A DNA stretch of 32,000 nt, taken from Nitrospira sp. bin75 (GTDB taxonomy: Bacteria > Nitrospirota > Nitrospiria > Nitrospirales > UBA8639). Below are positions 8,841 to 18,111 of this stretch, piece by piece (position 1 is the first letter of the stretch; each line of letters begins with the position of its first letter). The DNA is taken from contig MPMZ01000005.1 of NCBI GenBank assembly GCA_002238765.1, forward strand, positions 1 to 32,000. The letters are read 5' to 3'. The translations under genes and the position numbers were made by a program. The notes below the pieces were generated by a model that was not told where the DNA came from, searched no databases, and was given only the letters and a program-made list of their open reading frames with translations.

Positions 8841-8970
8841 GTTGTTCCCCTCACCCTACCCTCTCCCACAAGGGGAGAGGGTTCTCTCATCCCACTTCTT
8901 CTCTCCAGGCGGGAGAGAATTCCCTTCTCACTCCCTCTCCCTGGACGGGAGAGGGTTGGGGTGAGGGTGA
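8841..8970. repeat. GC-rich REP-like element, three tandem hairpin units inside an outer inverted repeat
   Basis: Hairpins ccctctccc/gggagaggg (8859-8881), ttctctcc/ggagagaa (8899-8919) and ccctctccc/gggagaggg (8934-8956). Outer arms are ccctcaccc (8848-8856) and gggtgaggg (8959-8967). The last unit is near-identical to 318-360. Confidence 0.75.
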
Positions 8971-8975
8971 AGAAA

Positions 8976-11225
8976 TCAGGCATTCAACGCATTCAATGCC
9001 GAACCCGCCTGGAACCATTTGATCTGCTGTTCGGTCATGCTGTGCCTGGCTTGAATCGTGACTTCTTTGCCATCCTTTTTATGAATGACCACCGACACCG
9101 GCTTGCCCGGCGCCAACTCGCTGAGCCCCCTCACGCTGACGCGGTCTTCCTGTTCGATCTGCTCATAATGCGCGGGGTCCGCAAACGTCATGGGCAGAAT
9201 GCCCTGTTTCTTCAAATTCGTTTCGTGAATGCGGGCAAAACTCTTGGTGAGAACGGCTTGCACGCCCAGGAAGCGCGGAGACATGGCCGCGTGTTCACGG
9301 CTGCTTCCTTCGCCGTAATTCTCGTCGCCGACCACGAACGACCCGACGCCCTTGCCCTTATAATCACGGGCAACCTGAGCCAGGGTGAGATCCGATTCTC
9401 CGGTCAACACGTTGTTCCCTTTTCCCGCTTCACTGGAAAACGCATTATTCGCACCCAGGAACATATTGTCACTGATCTTGTCCAAATGTCCACGAAACTT
9501 GAGCCAAGGTCCCGCCGGCGAAATATGATCCGTCGTGGTTTTCCCCTTGGTCTTGATCAGCAACGGCAACTTGTCGAAATCCTTCCCGTCCCACTTGGGA
9601 AAGGGCTGCAACAATTGCAGACGCTCACTGTTGGGAGGCAGATCGACAGCCAAACCATCGCCGTTCTCCGCCGGAGGAATAAACCCTTCTTCACCCTTGG
9701 CAAAGCCCTGGGCCGGCAATTCATCCCCTTGCGGAGGATCGAGTTTCAATTGTTTGCCGTCTGGAGTGGAAATGGTGTCCTGCAAAGGATTGAATCCCAG
9801 GTTGCCTGTCAGGGCATACGCGGCAACCAACTCCGGACTGGCCAAAAAGGACAGCGTGTCGGCGATCCCGTCGTTGCGACCGGGGAAGTTCCGGTTAAAG
9901 GTACTGACGATCGAATCGGATTTGCCTTTGACGCCGTCGGCGCGTTTCCACTGCCCGATACAGGGACCGCAGGCGTTGGCCAACACGGTCGCACCCAACT
10001 CCTCGAACGTCTCCAAAAAGCCGTCACGCTTCATGGTATGAAAAATTCGCTCCGAGCCGGGTGACACCAGAAAGGCGGTCTTGGCTTTCAGGCCCGCTTT
10101 CAACCCTTGTTGGGCAATATGGGCGGCCCGGCTGATATCTTCATACGAAGAATTCGTGCAACTGCCCAACAAGGTCGCCTTCAACTCCACGGGATACCCC
10201 TTCTCCTTGGCCTCGGCCTCCAACGAAGAAATGGGACGGGCCAAATCCGGGGAATGCGGCCCCACGACGTGCGGTTCCAGGGTCGAAAGGTCGATTTCCA
10301 GGATCTCGTCAAAATACTTCTCCGGCGACTCATACACTTCAGGATCGGCCACCAGCATCCCAGCATTGGCTTGCGCCAAGTCGGCAATCTCTTGGCGCTC
10401 CGTGATCGTGAGATAGTCCACCATCTTCTGGTCAAAGGGAAAAATCGACGTGGTCGCCCCGAGCTCCGCGCCCATGTTGGTGATCGTCCCCTTGCCCGTG
10501 GCGCTGATCGTTTCCGCGCCGGGGCCGAAGTACTCGACGATCTTGTTGGTGCCGCCTTTCACCGTCAGCTTGCCGCAAATATACAGGATCACGTCCTTGG
10601 GCGAGGCCCAGCCGCTCAACCTGCCGGTGAGCTTGACCCCGATCAGCTTGGGATGCAGCACTTCCCACGGCAACCCGGCCATGACCTCTCCCGCGTCGGC
10701 GCCGCCGACCCCGATCGCCAGCATGCCCAGCCCGCCGCCGTTCGGCGTGTGGGAATCGGTCCCGATAATCAACCCGCCCGGGAAGGCGTAATTCTCCAGA
10801 ACCACTTGATGAATGATGCCCGCCCCGGGTTTCCAGAACCCGATGCCATACTTCTTGGCAGCCGATTCCAGGAAATTATAGACTTCGCGATTTTCATCGC
10901 AGGCACGCAACAAGTCCTTGGACGATCCCATTTCCGCCCGAATCAAATGATCGCAATGAATGGTGCTGGGCACCGCGGCTTTTTTCTTACCCGCCTGGAT
11001 AAATTGCAACATGGCCATCTGAGCCGTGGCGTCCTGCATGGCCACACGGTCGGGACGAAGCGCCAACATGGCTTTTCCCCGATCCCAGACTTGGGTCGCA
11101 AGATTATCGGCATGGGAAACCAGAATTTTTTCGGCCAGGGTCAGCCCGCGACCGAACTGCTTTCTCGCCGCTTCCACGGCCGCCGGCATTCTGTTGTACA
11201 ACGTTTTGACAAGTTCAATCGACAT
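8976..11225 (-). CDS. acnA: aconitate hydratase (aconitase)
   Basis: Motifs IGTDSHTPN, GSCTNSS and ANACGPCIGQW. I place the start at the internal ATG 11223-11225 (MSIELVKTLYNRMP...). The ORF-track start at 11399 would overlap the aclA stop (11297) and adds a low-complexity extension. Confidence 0.92.
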   Translation of the reverse strand: MSIELVKTLYNRMPAAVEAARKQFGRGLTLAEKILVSHADNLATQVWDRGKAMLALRPDRVAMQDATAQMAMLQFIQAGKKKAAVPSTIHCDHLIRAEMGSSKDLLRACDENREVYNFLESAAKKYGIGFWKPGAGIIHQVVLENYAFPGGLIIGTDSHTPNGGGLGMLAIGVGGADAGEVMAGLPWEVLHPKLIGVKLTGRLSGWASPKDVILYICGKLTVKGGTNKIVEYFGPGAETISATGKGTITNMGAELGATTSIFPFDQKMVDYLTITERQEIADLAQANAGMLVADPEVYESPEKYFDEILEIDLSTLEPHVVGPHSPDLARPISSLEAEAKEKGYPVELKATLLGSCTNSSYEDISRAAHIAQQGLKAGLKAKTAFLVSPGSERIFHTMKRDGFLETFEELGATVLANACGPCIGQWKRADGVKGKSDSIVSTFNRNFPGRNDGIADTLSFLASPELVAAYALTGNLGFNPLQDTISTPDGKQLKLDPPQGDELPAQGFAKGEEGFIPPAENGDGLAVDLPPNSERLQLLQPFPKWDGKDFDKLPLLIKTKGKTTTDHISPAGPWLKFRGHLDKISDNMFLGANNAFSSEAGKGNNVLTGESDLTLAQVARDYKGKGVGSFVVGDENYGEGSSREHAAMSPRFLGVQAVLTKSFARIHETNLKKQGILPMTFADPAHYEQIEQEDRVSVRGLSELAPGKPVSVVIHKKDGKEVTIQARHSMTEQQIKWFQAGSALNALNA

Positions 11226-11296
11226 AAGACGTTCTCCGCATGGCTTCCCGGACCCGATCCTTTCCGTAGACCGGGTCAGGGAAACCGTCAATGTTG

Positions 11297-13123
11297 TTAT
11301 TTGAGTGGCGGCACTTCCCGACGCGCCGGTGCCGCGTAGTTCACCAGATAGTTGAACAACCGGATCAACCGGCTGCCCTGACGTTTTTGATCGGCCCAAT
11401 GCCCGATCAGCCCGATGGTCCTGGACAGGACGAAGAATCCGTTCAGACTGTCGACCGGGAATCCGAGATCGACGAGGACGGCTGCCATGGTCCCATCCAC
11501 GTTCAAAATCAGGTTATCCTTCTTCGCCGCCGTAATCTTTTCAACTTCCAGGGCAAAGTCCAAATGCGGCGTGGCCAAGTCCAGACTCTTCACGTACCCC
11601 ACCAGTTCCTTTACGCGTTTATCGGGATTCCGCAGGCTCTTCACCCGATGCCCGATCCCCGGCACCGGCCCGACGTTTTTCTTCATGTATCCCAGAAACT
11701 CATCCACGGACATGTTGTTGGCAATGGCATGGCTGAAATACCGGCCCGCATCGGTCACGGCTCCCCCGAATCGCGGACCGATCATGATCAACCCGGCTGC
11801 CACGGCTTGAGACAACCCGGTGCCGGCACAGGCCCCGATAATGGTAGTCAGCGCTCCGCTGACGCACGGACCGTGATCCGCCGACAGGATGATGATTCTC
11901 CTGATGATTTCGGCCTCCTGCTTGGACACCAGCCGCTTATCCCACAGGAGCCCGATGATATGAGGAATGTCGTAGCCTTTGTTGATGAGTTCGGACGCCG
12001 GATACCCTTCATACAAGGGCTCGTCGCCCCGGTCATCGCTGATGGTGGACTTGATCAGGGGAGCGACCAGGATGTCGCCGTCTTTCATGCCCTGTTCCAC
12101 GGTCCGGGGAAGCTTGGGCTTTTCCGCTTCACTGAGTTCGGGAATCGGCGTCACCTCACCGGACTTCACCAGTTCTTCATAGGTTTGCTTGATCGCCGGT
12201 CCCAGGGCGCCGAAAGTCTCGGGAACCATGGCCCCGGCCTTCTTCAAGGCTTCCGATTTTGCCCGGGCCGATCCTTCCCCTTGAAGACCTTCTTTGGCAC
12301 CGGCATGCCCGAATTTCATACCCTTGGGCAAACTTTCCTGACAAAACCCGGACACCACGGCCAGGAGTCGGATGCGACGTTTCTTCGCGCCGTACCATTC
12401 CGCGGCTCGTTCCTCCAAATCGCCGCCCATCTCGCCGACCACGACGACGGCCTTGGTTTGCGGATCGTTTTCGAACATTTCAAGGTACGTCACGTAATCC
12501 GTACCCGGGTAGGCGTCCCCGCCAATGCCGATGGCGGTTGTCACGCCGTCGGCGAATTGCGAACAAATCCAAATGATTTCATTCGACAGGCCGCCGGACT
12601 TCGTGATCACCCCGAAGGAACCTGGACGATACAGTTTGCAGGCCACCAGGTTGTCAAACGCCCCGCCGATCACCCCCAACCGGCATTCTCCGGCCGACAG
12701 GACGCCGATGGAGGACGGGCCGTTGAACACTTTCCCAAGTTTCCGCGCGTACGCCCCGAGCAATTTGGAATCTTTTTCAGGCAAGCCTTCCGTGATCATC
12801 GACACCACTTGAATGCCGGAATTGTCCAAGGCTTCCTTGGTGCCGGCATAGGCGCGGTCCGCGCCGATATAGACCAGGCTGGTATTGATTTCCGGATGGT
12901 TTGCGGTGGCCTCAGCGACCGTTTTGTACACCGGAATCGTGAGGAGCCGGTTCCCGCAGACGATTTCATTGGTTTTCCCGGCATCAGGAGGATACACAAA
13001 CGCCGACACGTTTAAAGGCTGCTGAATCATGTGGCGGAACTCGCCCATTCGCCGGGCCGCGTTCACGCCCGCCACCCCTCCTTGAATCACCACATGGGTC
13101 TCTTTCGTTGCCAGAATACTCAT
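11297..13123 (-). CDS. aclA: ATP-citrate lyase large (alpha) subunit: CoA-ligase domain plus citrate-synthase-like domain
   Basis: 608-aa ORF with phosphohistidine loop KFGHAGAKEG and a citryl-CoA lyase-like C-terminal half. It is adjacent to aclB, and the sizes (608/398 aa) match bacterial AclA/AclB. Confidence 0.92.
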   Translation of the reverse strand: MSILATKETHVVIQGGVAGVNAARRMGEFRHMIQQPLNVSAFVYPPDAGKTNEIVCGNRLLTIPVYKTVAEATANHPEINTSLVYIGADRAYAGTKEALDNSGIQVVSMITEGLPEKDSKLLGAYARKLGKVFNGPSSIGVLSAGECRLGVIGGAFDNLVACKLYRPGSFGVITKSGGLSNEIIWICSQFADGVTTAIGIGGDAYPGTDYVTYLEMFENDPQTKAVVVVGEMGGDLEERAAEWYGAKKRRIRLLAVVSGFCQESLPKGMKFGHAGAKEGLQGEGSARAKSEALKKAGAMVPETFGALGPAIKQTYEELVKSGEVTPIPELSEAEKPKLPRTVEQGMKDGDILVAPLIKSTISDDRGDEPLYEGYPASELINKGYDIPHIIGLLWDKRLVSKQEAEIIRRIIILSADHGPCVSGALTTIIGACAGTGLSQAVAAGLIMIGPRFGGAVTDAGRYFSHAIANNMSVDEFLGYMKKNVGPVPGIGHRVKSLRNPDKRVKELVGYVKSLDLATPHLDFALEVEKITAAKKDNLILNVDGTMAAVLVDLGFPVDSLNGFFVLSRTIGLIGHWADQKRQGSRLIRLFNYLVNYAAPARREVPPLK

Positions 13124-13174
13124 CGAACTCTCCTACGTATCAATATCAATATAAAAAGTCTCTCTCGATGGCTG

Positions 13175-14371
13175 CTATTTCTTGGCCAGGGCCATGTCCA
13201 CGATATCCGTCAACGGGGTCCGGCGATCGAACACTTCGATGTCGAAGCCTTCGTCCTTCAACGCCGTCATGGCGGCCAGCCCCTGTTTCTCGTTGGGCCC
13301 GCCTCGTCGCACCCAAATTCTCACGCCGTCCAGTTTCCCTTCCGTCTTGGCTTTGCGAAACGCATTGATAATGCCGCCGAAGGTCTTCTTGACGTCGGTG
13401 AAATTGGCAATGGCCCCGCCGACAATGATGTTTTTGATGCCCGGAAGGGAACAGACCTTGTCGGTCAGGACTTCGACGGCCCAATCCGGAGGATCGCCGG
13501 AATATTCGGCATAATTGGCCAACTTGCCGCCTCGGGCCACCACCGCGTCCGAGTAATACACGCTGGCCCCGCCGCCCGCCGGCAGCATCGCCGTGTCGCC
13601 GCCCGGAATTTCGATCAGCTTCACGGAGCCTTTCACCTTCGAATCCACGGCCATGACCTCTTCTTCATTCGTCGTATAGGCGCGACCGAATTCGGCGGCA
13701 AACGGAAAGGTCCAGTCCGGATGACGGAACTTGGCATCGCCATCCAACAGGGTCACGGCATCGAGCGCGACCAACTCGCCGGCGGCGTTGCGCACCACCG
13801 GATTGATTTCCAGATACTGCGCGTCTTCATTATCGAAGCAGAGAAACAGCTTCCTGGCGAAGTCGGCCACTTGGGGGACCAGGTCACCGGTAAACCCGGC
13901 TTCTTTCGCTAGAGCCTCAAGGGCCTTGTCGGTCGGAGTGTCGCCCACGACAACGGGGCAGCGTTTCACGCGATCCCAATTGGACTCCACTTCGACTCCG
14001 CCACAATTGGCGACCATCACGTCCGCACCGTCGCGGGTGGACTTCACGGCCACGTAATATTCCTCGCTATGGTCCACCGCTTCAGACACGATCACTTCCC
14101 GGATAGTCAACGTGCCGACGGTCCTACCGAGCATCTCTTTCGCCGCCGCCTTGGCCTCCTTGAGATCCAGGCCCACCTTCACGAGGCCGAGTTTAAAGCG
14201 CGAGCCCAACGCCTCATGGGCCTTGACCACCAACGAACTCTTGGTCAACCAGTCATTGGCCTGCGCCAACTGTTCCAGTTCTTCGGAAGAACCGACCACG
14301 GCATAATTCGGGGTTTGCAGACCCCATTTTCTCAACAAGCCCATTCCCGGGCCTTCAAGTACCTTTGCCAT
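13175..14371 (-). CDS. aclB: ATP-citrate lyase small (beta) subunit (ATP-grasp, SucC-like)
   Basis: 398-aa ORF with an ATP-grasp succinyl-CoA-synthetase-beta-like fold, directly upstream of aclA. Confidence 0.9.
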   Translation of the reverse strand: MAKVLEGPGMGLLRKWGLQTPNYAVVGSSEELEQLAQANDWLTKSSLVVKAHEALGSRFKLGLVKVGLDLKEAKAAAKEMLGRTVGTLTIREVIVSEAVDHSEEYYVAVKSTRDGADVMVANCGGVEVESNWDRVKRCPVVVGDTPTDKALEALAKEAGFTGDLVPQVADFARKLFLCFDNEDAQYLEINPVVRNAAGELVALDAVTLLDGDAKFRHPDWTFPFAAEFGRAYTTNEEEVMAVDSKVKGSVKLIEIPGGDTAMLPAGGGASVYYSDAVVARGGKLANYAEYSGDPPDWAVEVLTDKVCSLPGIKNIIVGGAIANFTDVKKTFGGIINAFRKAKTEGKLDGVRIWVRRGGPNEKQGLAAMTALKDEGFDIEVFDRRTPLTDIVDMALAKK

Positions 14372-14427
14372 AATCCAACCTTTAGTTAGTCTGAATGATA
14401 AGCGGAGATCCGGACATCAAACCGGTG

Positions 14428-14456
14428 ATTGTAAAGAGAATGTTTTCCAGCCGCAA
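14428..14456 (-). promoter_or_regulatory. candidate sigma70-type promoter for the aclBA-acn operon
   Basis: On the minus strand TTGCGG (14451-14456), a 17-nt spacer, then TACAAT (14428-14433), about 55 nt upstream of the aclB ATG. Pattern match only. Confidence 0.3.
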
Positions 14457-14532
14457 TCAATCGAAAGGCCCATATCGGGGAGTCACGAAAGACCCATTCC
14501 GGAACCTGACCTCACACGTTGTCCCGACAAGG

Positions 14533-15864
14533 TCAGAAATCTTCCCGCCACGTCCTCACCCGGGACGGGACGGTGAGCAACGCGGCTTGCAGGCGACAAC
14601 TGTCGTACTGGACGCTTAATGGTCCCCCCTGATGGTCGATCTCGCCGGCCCAGACCGCCCCGCGAATCACAATGCCGCTTCCCTCGCCGCTGAGAAACAG
14701 CGTGCCGGTGACCAGGATCATGCCATCCCACCGGACCTCGCCTTCCAACGTGGCGTTCCCATCCACCAGGAGGATACCAGATCCTCTGGTTTGCCGAACG
14801 CGGATGCCTTGGGGTTGAACGAACGACGCGCCTTCCGCAAAAAACGTCATGGGGACCAGCGCCGTTCCCAATTGTTGATTGACTTGATCCCCGTTCAAGA
14901 CCACCGCCTCCGCATTGAGCGTACCCAGGGCTGGGGCAGGGTCCGGGACAAGGGAACTGTGCTGCGGACTCGCGGGATTTCCGTTGAATTGCATGGTCGG
15001 GGTACTCGTGACGGTGCCTCCATACACGACCGGCGGCAGGCTGCCGACCTCGCCACAGGCGTCATGGCCATTGATCTCACCCGGCGTCCCCGCGAGGCTG
15101 ACGTCTCCGGACGAATGAAGCGCCCCGAGATGGTTCGGGCCCGGCGGGTGAACCACTTCTTCCTCCAGGACCACGGTGCCGCTCGTCGCAGTCCCACGAG
15201 CGACGATTTTCTCGATAGGTAACCACGGCGTGGACGCATTTGTCGTTAAGGAGACCGGAGCGGTACTCGTCTTCGAGGGATAGCCGAAGTAGACGATGTT
15301 GCCCCGGTTGCCCTTGCTATGGCGGGAGGTGCTGCCGTCAAGGTCAACATAGTGTGGTGTGGCCGGCTTGTGCCCGGCCCGCTCGGCATCGTATTCGGTT
15401 TTATGCCGAATCTTTACCCAGTACGGCAGGCCCGTCTGCAAGCTGTTCGGTTGCACCACCGTATTGGTTGGATTGCCCGGAACAGGAAGGACATTGGTTT
15501 CATGCGGAGCATACCCGGGATCGACGGATGGAGACCAGTCCGGAGAACCCACGACGTAGGCTGTCCACAACGGATCGGGAGAAACCGCCGGGTCCTTGAT
15601 GAAAGACGCCTCGGTTCCCATGGTCTTCCGTAAACGCGAACGGGCTTCCGCCAATCCGGCCTCGGCGGCATACAATTCCTGAATCGCCTGCTTGTGGTTC
15701 CCGCTGATCTGGATTTCGGTCGAGGTCGTCTGCAAGACCGTTGCCGTGACGATACCCACAACGGCCACCAGCAACAAAACCGCGACCAACGCAAAACCTC
15801 GGTTATGGTTCACGGTCGACCCTGCCAATGACCGAATGCTTCCAGTGTCGATATGAAATTCCAT
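14533..15864 (-). CDS. PilX-N-domain protein (type IV pilus / pseudopilus minor-component-like), orphan
   Basis: 443-aa ORF. The N-terminal RGFALVAVLLLVAVVGIVTATVLQTTSTEIQISGNHKQAIQELYAAEAGLAEA matches the PilX_N pattern (TM helix plus conserved A-x-x-AAEAG). Confidence 0.65.
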   Translation of the reverse strand: MEFHIDTGSIRSLAGSTVNHNRGFALVAVLLLVAVVGIVTATVLQTTSTEIQISGNHKQAIQELYAAEAGLAEARSRLRKTMGTEASFIKDPAVSPDPLWTAYVVGSPDWSPSVDPGYAPHETNVLPVPGNPTNTVVQPNSLQTGLPYWVKIRHKTEYDAERAGHKPATPHYVDLDGSTSRHSKGNRGNIVYFGYPSKTSTAPVSLTTNASTPWLPIEKIVARGTATSGTVVLEEEVVHPPGPNHLGALHSSGDVSLAGTPGEINGHDACGEVGSLPPVVYGGTVTSTPTMQFNGNPASPQHSSLVPDPAPALGTLNAEAVVLNGDQVNQQLGTALVPMTFFAEGASFVQPQGIRVRQTRGSGILLVDGNATLEGEVRWDGMILVTGTLFLSGEGSGIVIRGAVWAGEIDHQGGPLSVQYDSCRLQAALLTVPSRVRTWREDF

Positions 15865-15964
15865 GAAGAGGTCGTTTCCATGCGGGTCCGCTCATCTGCT
15901 GACAGAATACGGGATTGACCACAATACACCCGAACCTGTGCCTTGTTTCAACTCGGAATGGGAC

Positions 15965-15993
15965 TTGCCTCACCCAAGCCGGAGAGTTATAGT
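15965..15993 (+). promoter_or_regulatory. candidate sigma70-type promoter for the GPP34-P450 gene
   Basis: TTGCCT (15965-15970), a 17-nt spacer, then TATAGT (15988-15993), about 55 nt upstream of ATG 16048. Pattern match only. Confidence 0.35.
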
Positions 15994-16047
15994 ACTTAAA
16001 TGTAAGTGGGCTTATGGCATCGAGGTGATGCAGGGAGATCAAGTCCG

Positions 16048-18075
16048 ATGGCCGTGACGAAAGAGAGGTTGACGACCACAACGCTCAGTTTGCCCGAAGA
16101 GCTCATCCTGATGCTCCTCAACGAGGAGAACGGGTACTTTCACCAGGTCCCCGGCTGGGATTTGAACTGCGCTGTCGCCGGCGCAGTACTCGCGGAACTC
16201 TCCCTCCTGTCGCGCATCGACACGGACATGAATTCCCTGTTCCTCGTAGATCAGACCGAAACGGGCGACCCCGCCCTGGACCCCATTCTGAAAGAGATTG
16301 CAAGCGAATCGGTTCAACGGAGCACCCAATTCTGGATTGAACGGCTCGCCCCCCGTGCGGAGTCAGTCATTGATTTGACTCTGGATCGCCTGGTCGGCCA
16401 GAAGATCCTGGAATACCACGACGGCGAATTCTGGACGCTGAATCATACCGGCTGGCAGACGGAACTGTACGGCAACTCCCGGGAAAGCACTGCCGGGCAG
16501 TTCATCAAAACGCGGATCGGCAGGGCTATCTTCATGAACGAGATTCCCGATCCCAGAGACATTATCGTGATTTGCCTCGTCAATACGTGCGACGTCTTTC
16601 GCTTCATCTTCCAGCTCGATGAGGAGTCGGAAGAGCGCATCCAACTCATCTGCAAGATGGACGCGATCGGCCGGTCCATCGCCGATGCAGTCGCCCACAA
16701 CCTCGCCGGCCCCCTGCTTCGACATTCGGCCCTGACCAAGAAGATTCCGGCTGTCTCGCTGAGTAAAGTGTTGTTCAATCCACACGTTCGCAAAGTCAAC
16801 ATTCCGGCCCTCTTTGCGGACCTTGCACACGAATATGGACCGGTGTTTGCGATCCGCCTGCCGTTTGCGAAGCCTATGATCTTCCTGGCCGGACCCCGGA
16901 CAAATCGCTGGGCGCATAAGCGCGGGCGCATGTACCTGAGAGCCAAGGACTATCTTGCCGACTTCGAGAAAGTCTACGGCGCGTGCGGCGTCCTACCTTC
17001 CCTAGACGGCGCCGACCATTTCCGGCTTCGCAAGTCCATGTCAACGGCGTATTCCCGTAGAAGAGTTGAATTGCAACTGGACCAACTCTTTCATCTTGCC
17101 AGAACACATATGGCGCATTGGAAGGTTGGAGACTCGTATACCGCGAGGTCCATGTGCCGGCGAATGATCAACGCACAAATCTCGCCGTTCTACGTCAGCG
17201 TGGATTCTCAGGACATCATCGACGACCTGATGACGTACAAGGAACGGGCGCTCAAAACTCACATCTTGAAGAGCCTGCCCAAATTCATGCTGAACACGCC
17301 GGGCATGAAACGCCGGGCAAAAGCCGTGGACACGTTGCTGGAACGGATCCAGAGTGTCCACACGCCCGCCCAGCGCGCCGGTTGCCCGAGAGACCTTGCG
17401 GATGACTGGCTGAGCCTGCACGCGAGCGATCCGCAGTTCATGCCGGAGTCGAACCTGCGTTTCGCTCTCTCTGCAGCGCTGATTGCCAGCGTGTACCTCG
17501 GCGATGCCTTCAGTTTTGCGCTCTACGCCATGGCGTCACAGCCGGAGATCTACGCCAAGATCCGGAGTGAAGCCGATGCCCTGTTCGACAACGGCGATCC
17601 GAACGGCGAGAACTTCAACCCGTCCGCCATTGACGTCACGCACCGCTTCCTCATGGAATGCCTGCGCATGTACCCGATCGTCCCGATGTCTATTCGAACC
17701 GTGATGAACGCGTGCGTGGTCGAGGACTACGAATTGCCGGTCGGGACAAACATCTACATTGCCCAATCGGCCGCGCATTACATGGACGACGTCTTTCCCG
17801 ACCCGTTCACGTTCGATATCGACCGCTATCTTCCTGCGCGCAATGAGCACCTCAGTCCCGGGTACGCCCCGTACGGGCTGGGTACGCACACGTGTCTCGG
17901 CAACCGGCAGATGGACCTGAAATTGGCCGTCAACGTGCTAATGGTCGCGCATTACTTCACGATCGAGGTAGCCCCCGCGAACTACAAGCTCCGGTTCGAT
18001 CCTCTTCCGTCGATGAAACCGAGCAAGAAGCTGAATTTCCTCATCTCCGAGCGGAGGCGCGAGATTAGCGTCTAG
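16048..18075 (+). CDS. fusion protein: N-terminal GOLPH3/GPP34 (Vps74-like) domain and C-terminal cytochrome P450
   Basis: The N-terminal LSLPEELILMLLNEENGYF...LNCAVAGAVLAELSLLSRID is the GPP34-family signature. The C-terminal ~440 aa is a P450 with ExxR (ECLR), PDPFTFDIDRY, and heme loop YGLGTHTCLG (Cys codon 17893-17895). The start is taken at ATG 16048, preceded by GGGAGA (16034-16039); the ORF-track start is 16006. Confidence 0.85.
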   Translation: MAVTKERLTTTTLSLPEELILMLLNEENGYFHQVPGWDLNCAVAGAVLAELSLLSRIDTDMNSLFLVDQTETGDPALDPILKEIASESVQRSTQFWIERLAPRAESVIDLTLDRLVGQKILEYHDGEFWTLNHTGWQTELYGNSRESTAGQFIKTRIGRAIFMNEIPDPRDIIVICLVNTCDVFRFIFQLDEESEERIQLICKMDAIGRSIADAVAHNLAGPLLRHSALTKKIPAVSLSKVLFNPHVRKVNIPALFADLAHEYGPVFAIRLPFAKPMIFLAGPRTNRWAHKRGRMYLRAKDYLADFEKVYGACGVLPSLDGADHFRLRKSMSTAYSRRRVELQLDQLFHLARTHMAHWKVGDSYTARSMCRRMINAQISPFYVSVDSQDIIDDLMTYKERALKTHILKSLPKFMLNTPGMKRRAKAVDTLLERIQSVHTPAQRAGCPRDLADDWLSLHASDPQFMPESNLRFALSAALIASVYLGDAFSFALYAMASQPEIYAKIRSEADALFDNGDPNGENFNPSAIDVTHRFLMECLRMYPIVPMSIRTVMNACVVEDYELPVGTNIYIAQSAAHYMDDVFPDPFTFDIDRYLPARNEHLSPGYAPYGLGTHTCLGNRQMDLKLAVNVLMVAHYFTIEVAPANYKLRFDPLPSMKPSKKLNFLISERRREISV

Positions 18076-18111
18076 TGCCAAATGGGGCCCGCTGACTACG
18101 AAGTTGACCGC

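Noticed and set aside
11226-11399. 58-residue N-terminal extension of the aconitase ORF (ORF-track start 11399).
   Set aside because: The extension is low-complexity (GTGASGSAATQ..) and overlaps the aclA stop at 11297. The homologous aconitase N-terminus begins at the internal ATG 11223-11225.
14507-14535. Stem tgacct/aggtca overlapping the PilX-like stop codon, as a possible terminator.
   Set aside because: It is a 6-bp stem with a 17-nt loop and no U-tract, so it is not convincing.
15979-15995. Motif gagttatagtactt upstream of the GPP34-P450 gene resembling the perfectly conserved module block gagtctagtattat.
   Set aside because: The match needs a 1-nt indel and overlaps a generic -10-like TATAGT. 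It is too short to distinguish from chance without more sequences.
18076-18111. Expected intrinsic terminators in the convergent gaps 18076-18111 (P450 / SMT1) and 21036-21124 (SMT2 / SQMO-OSC).
   Set aside because: Only very weak stems are present (for example agtcg/cgact near 21043-21057) and there are no U-tracts, so no terminator is called.
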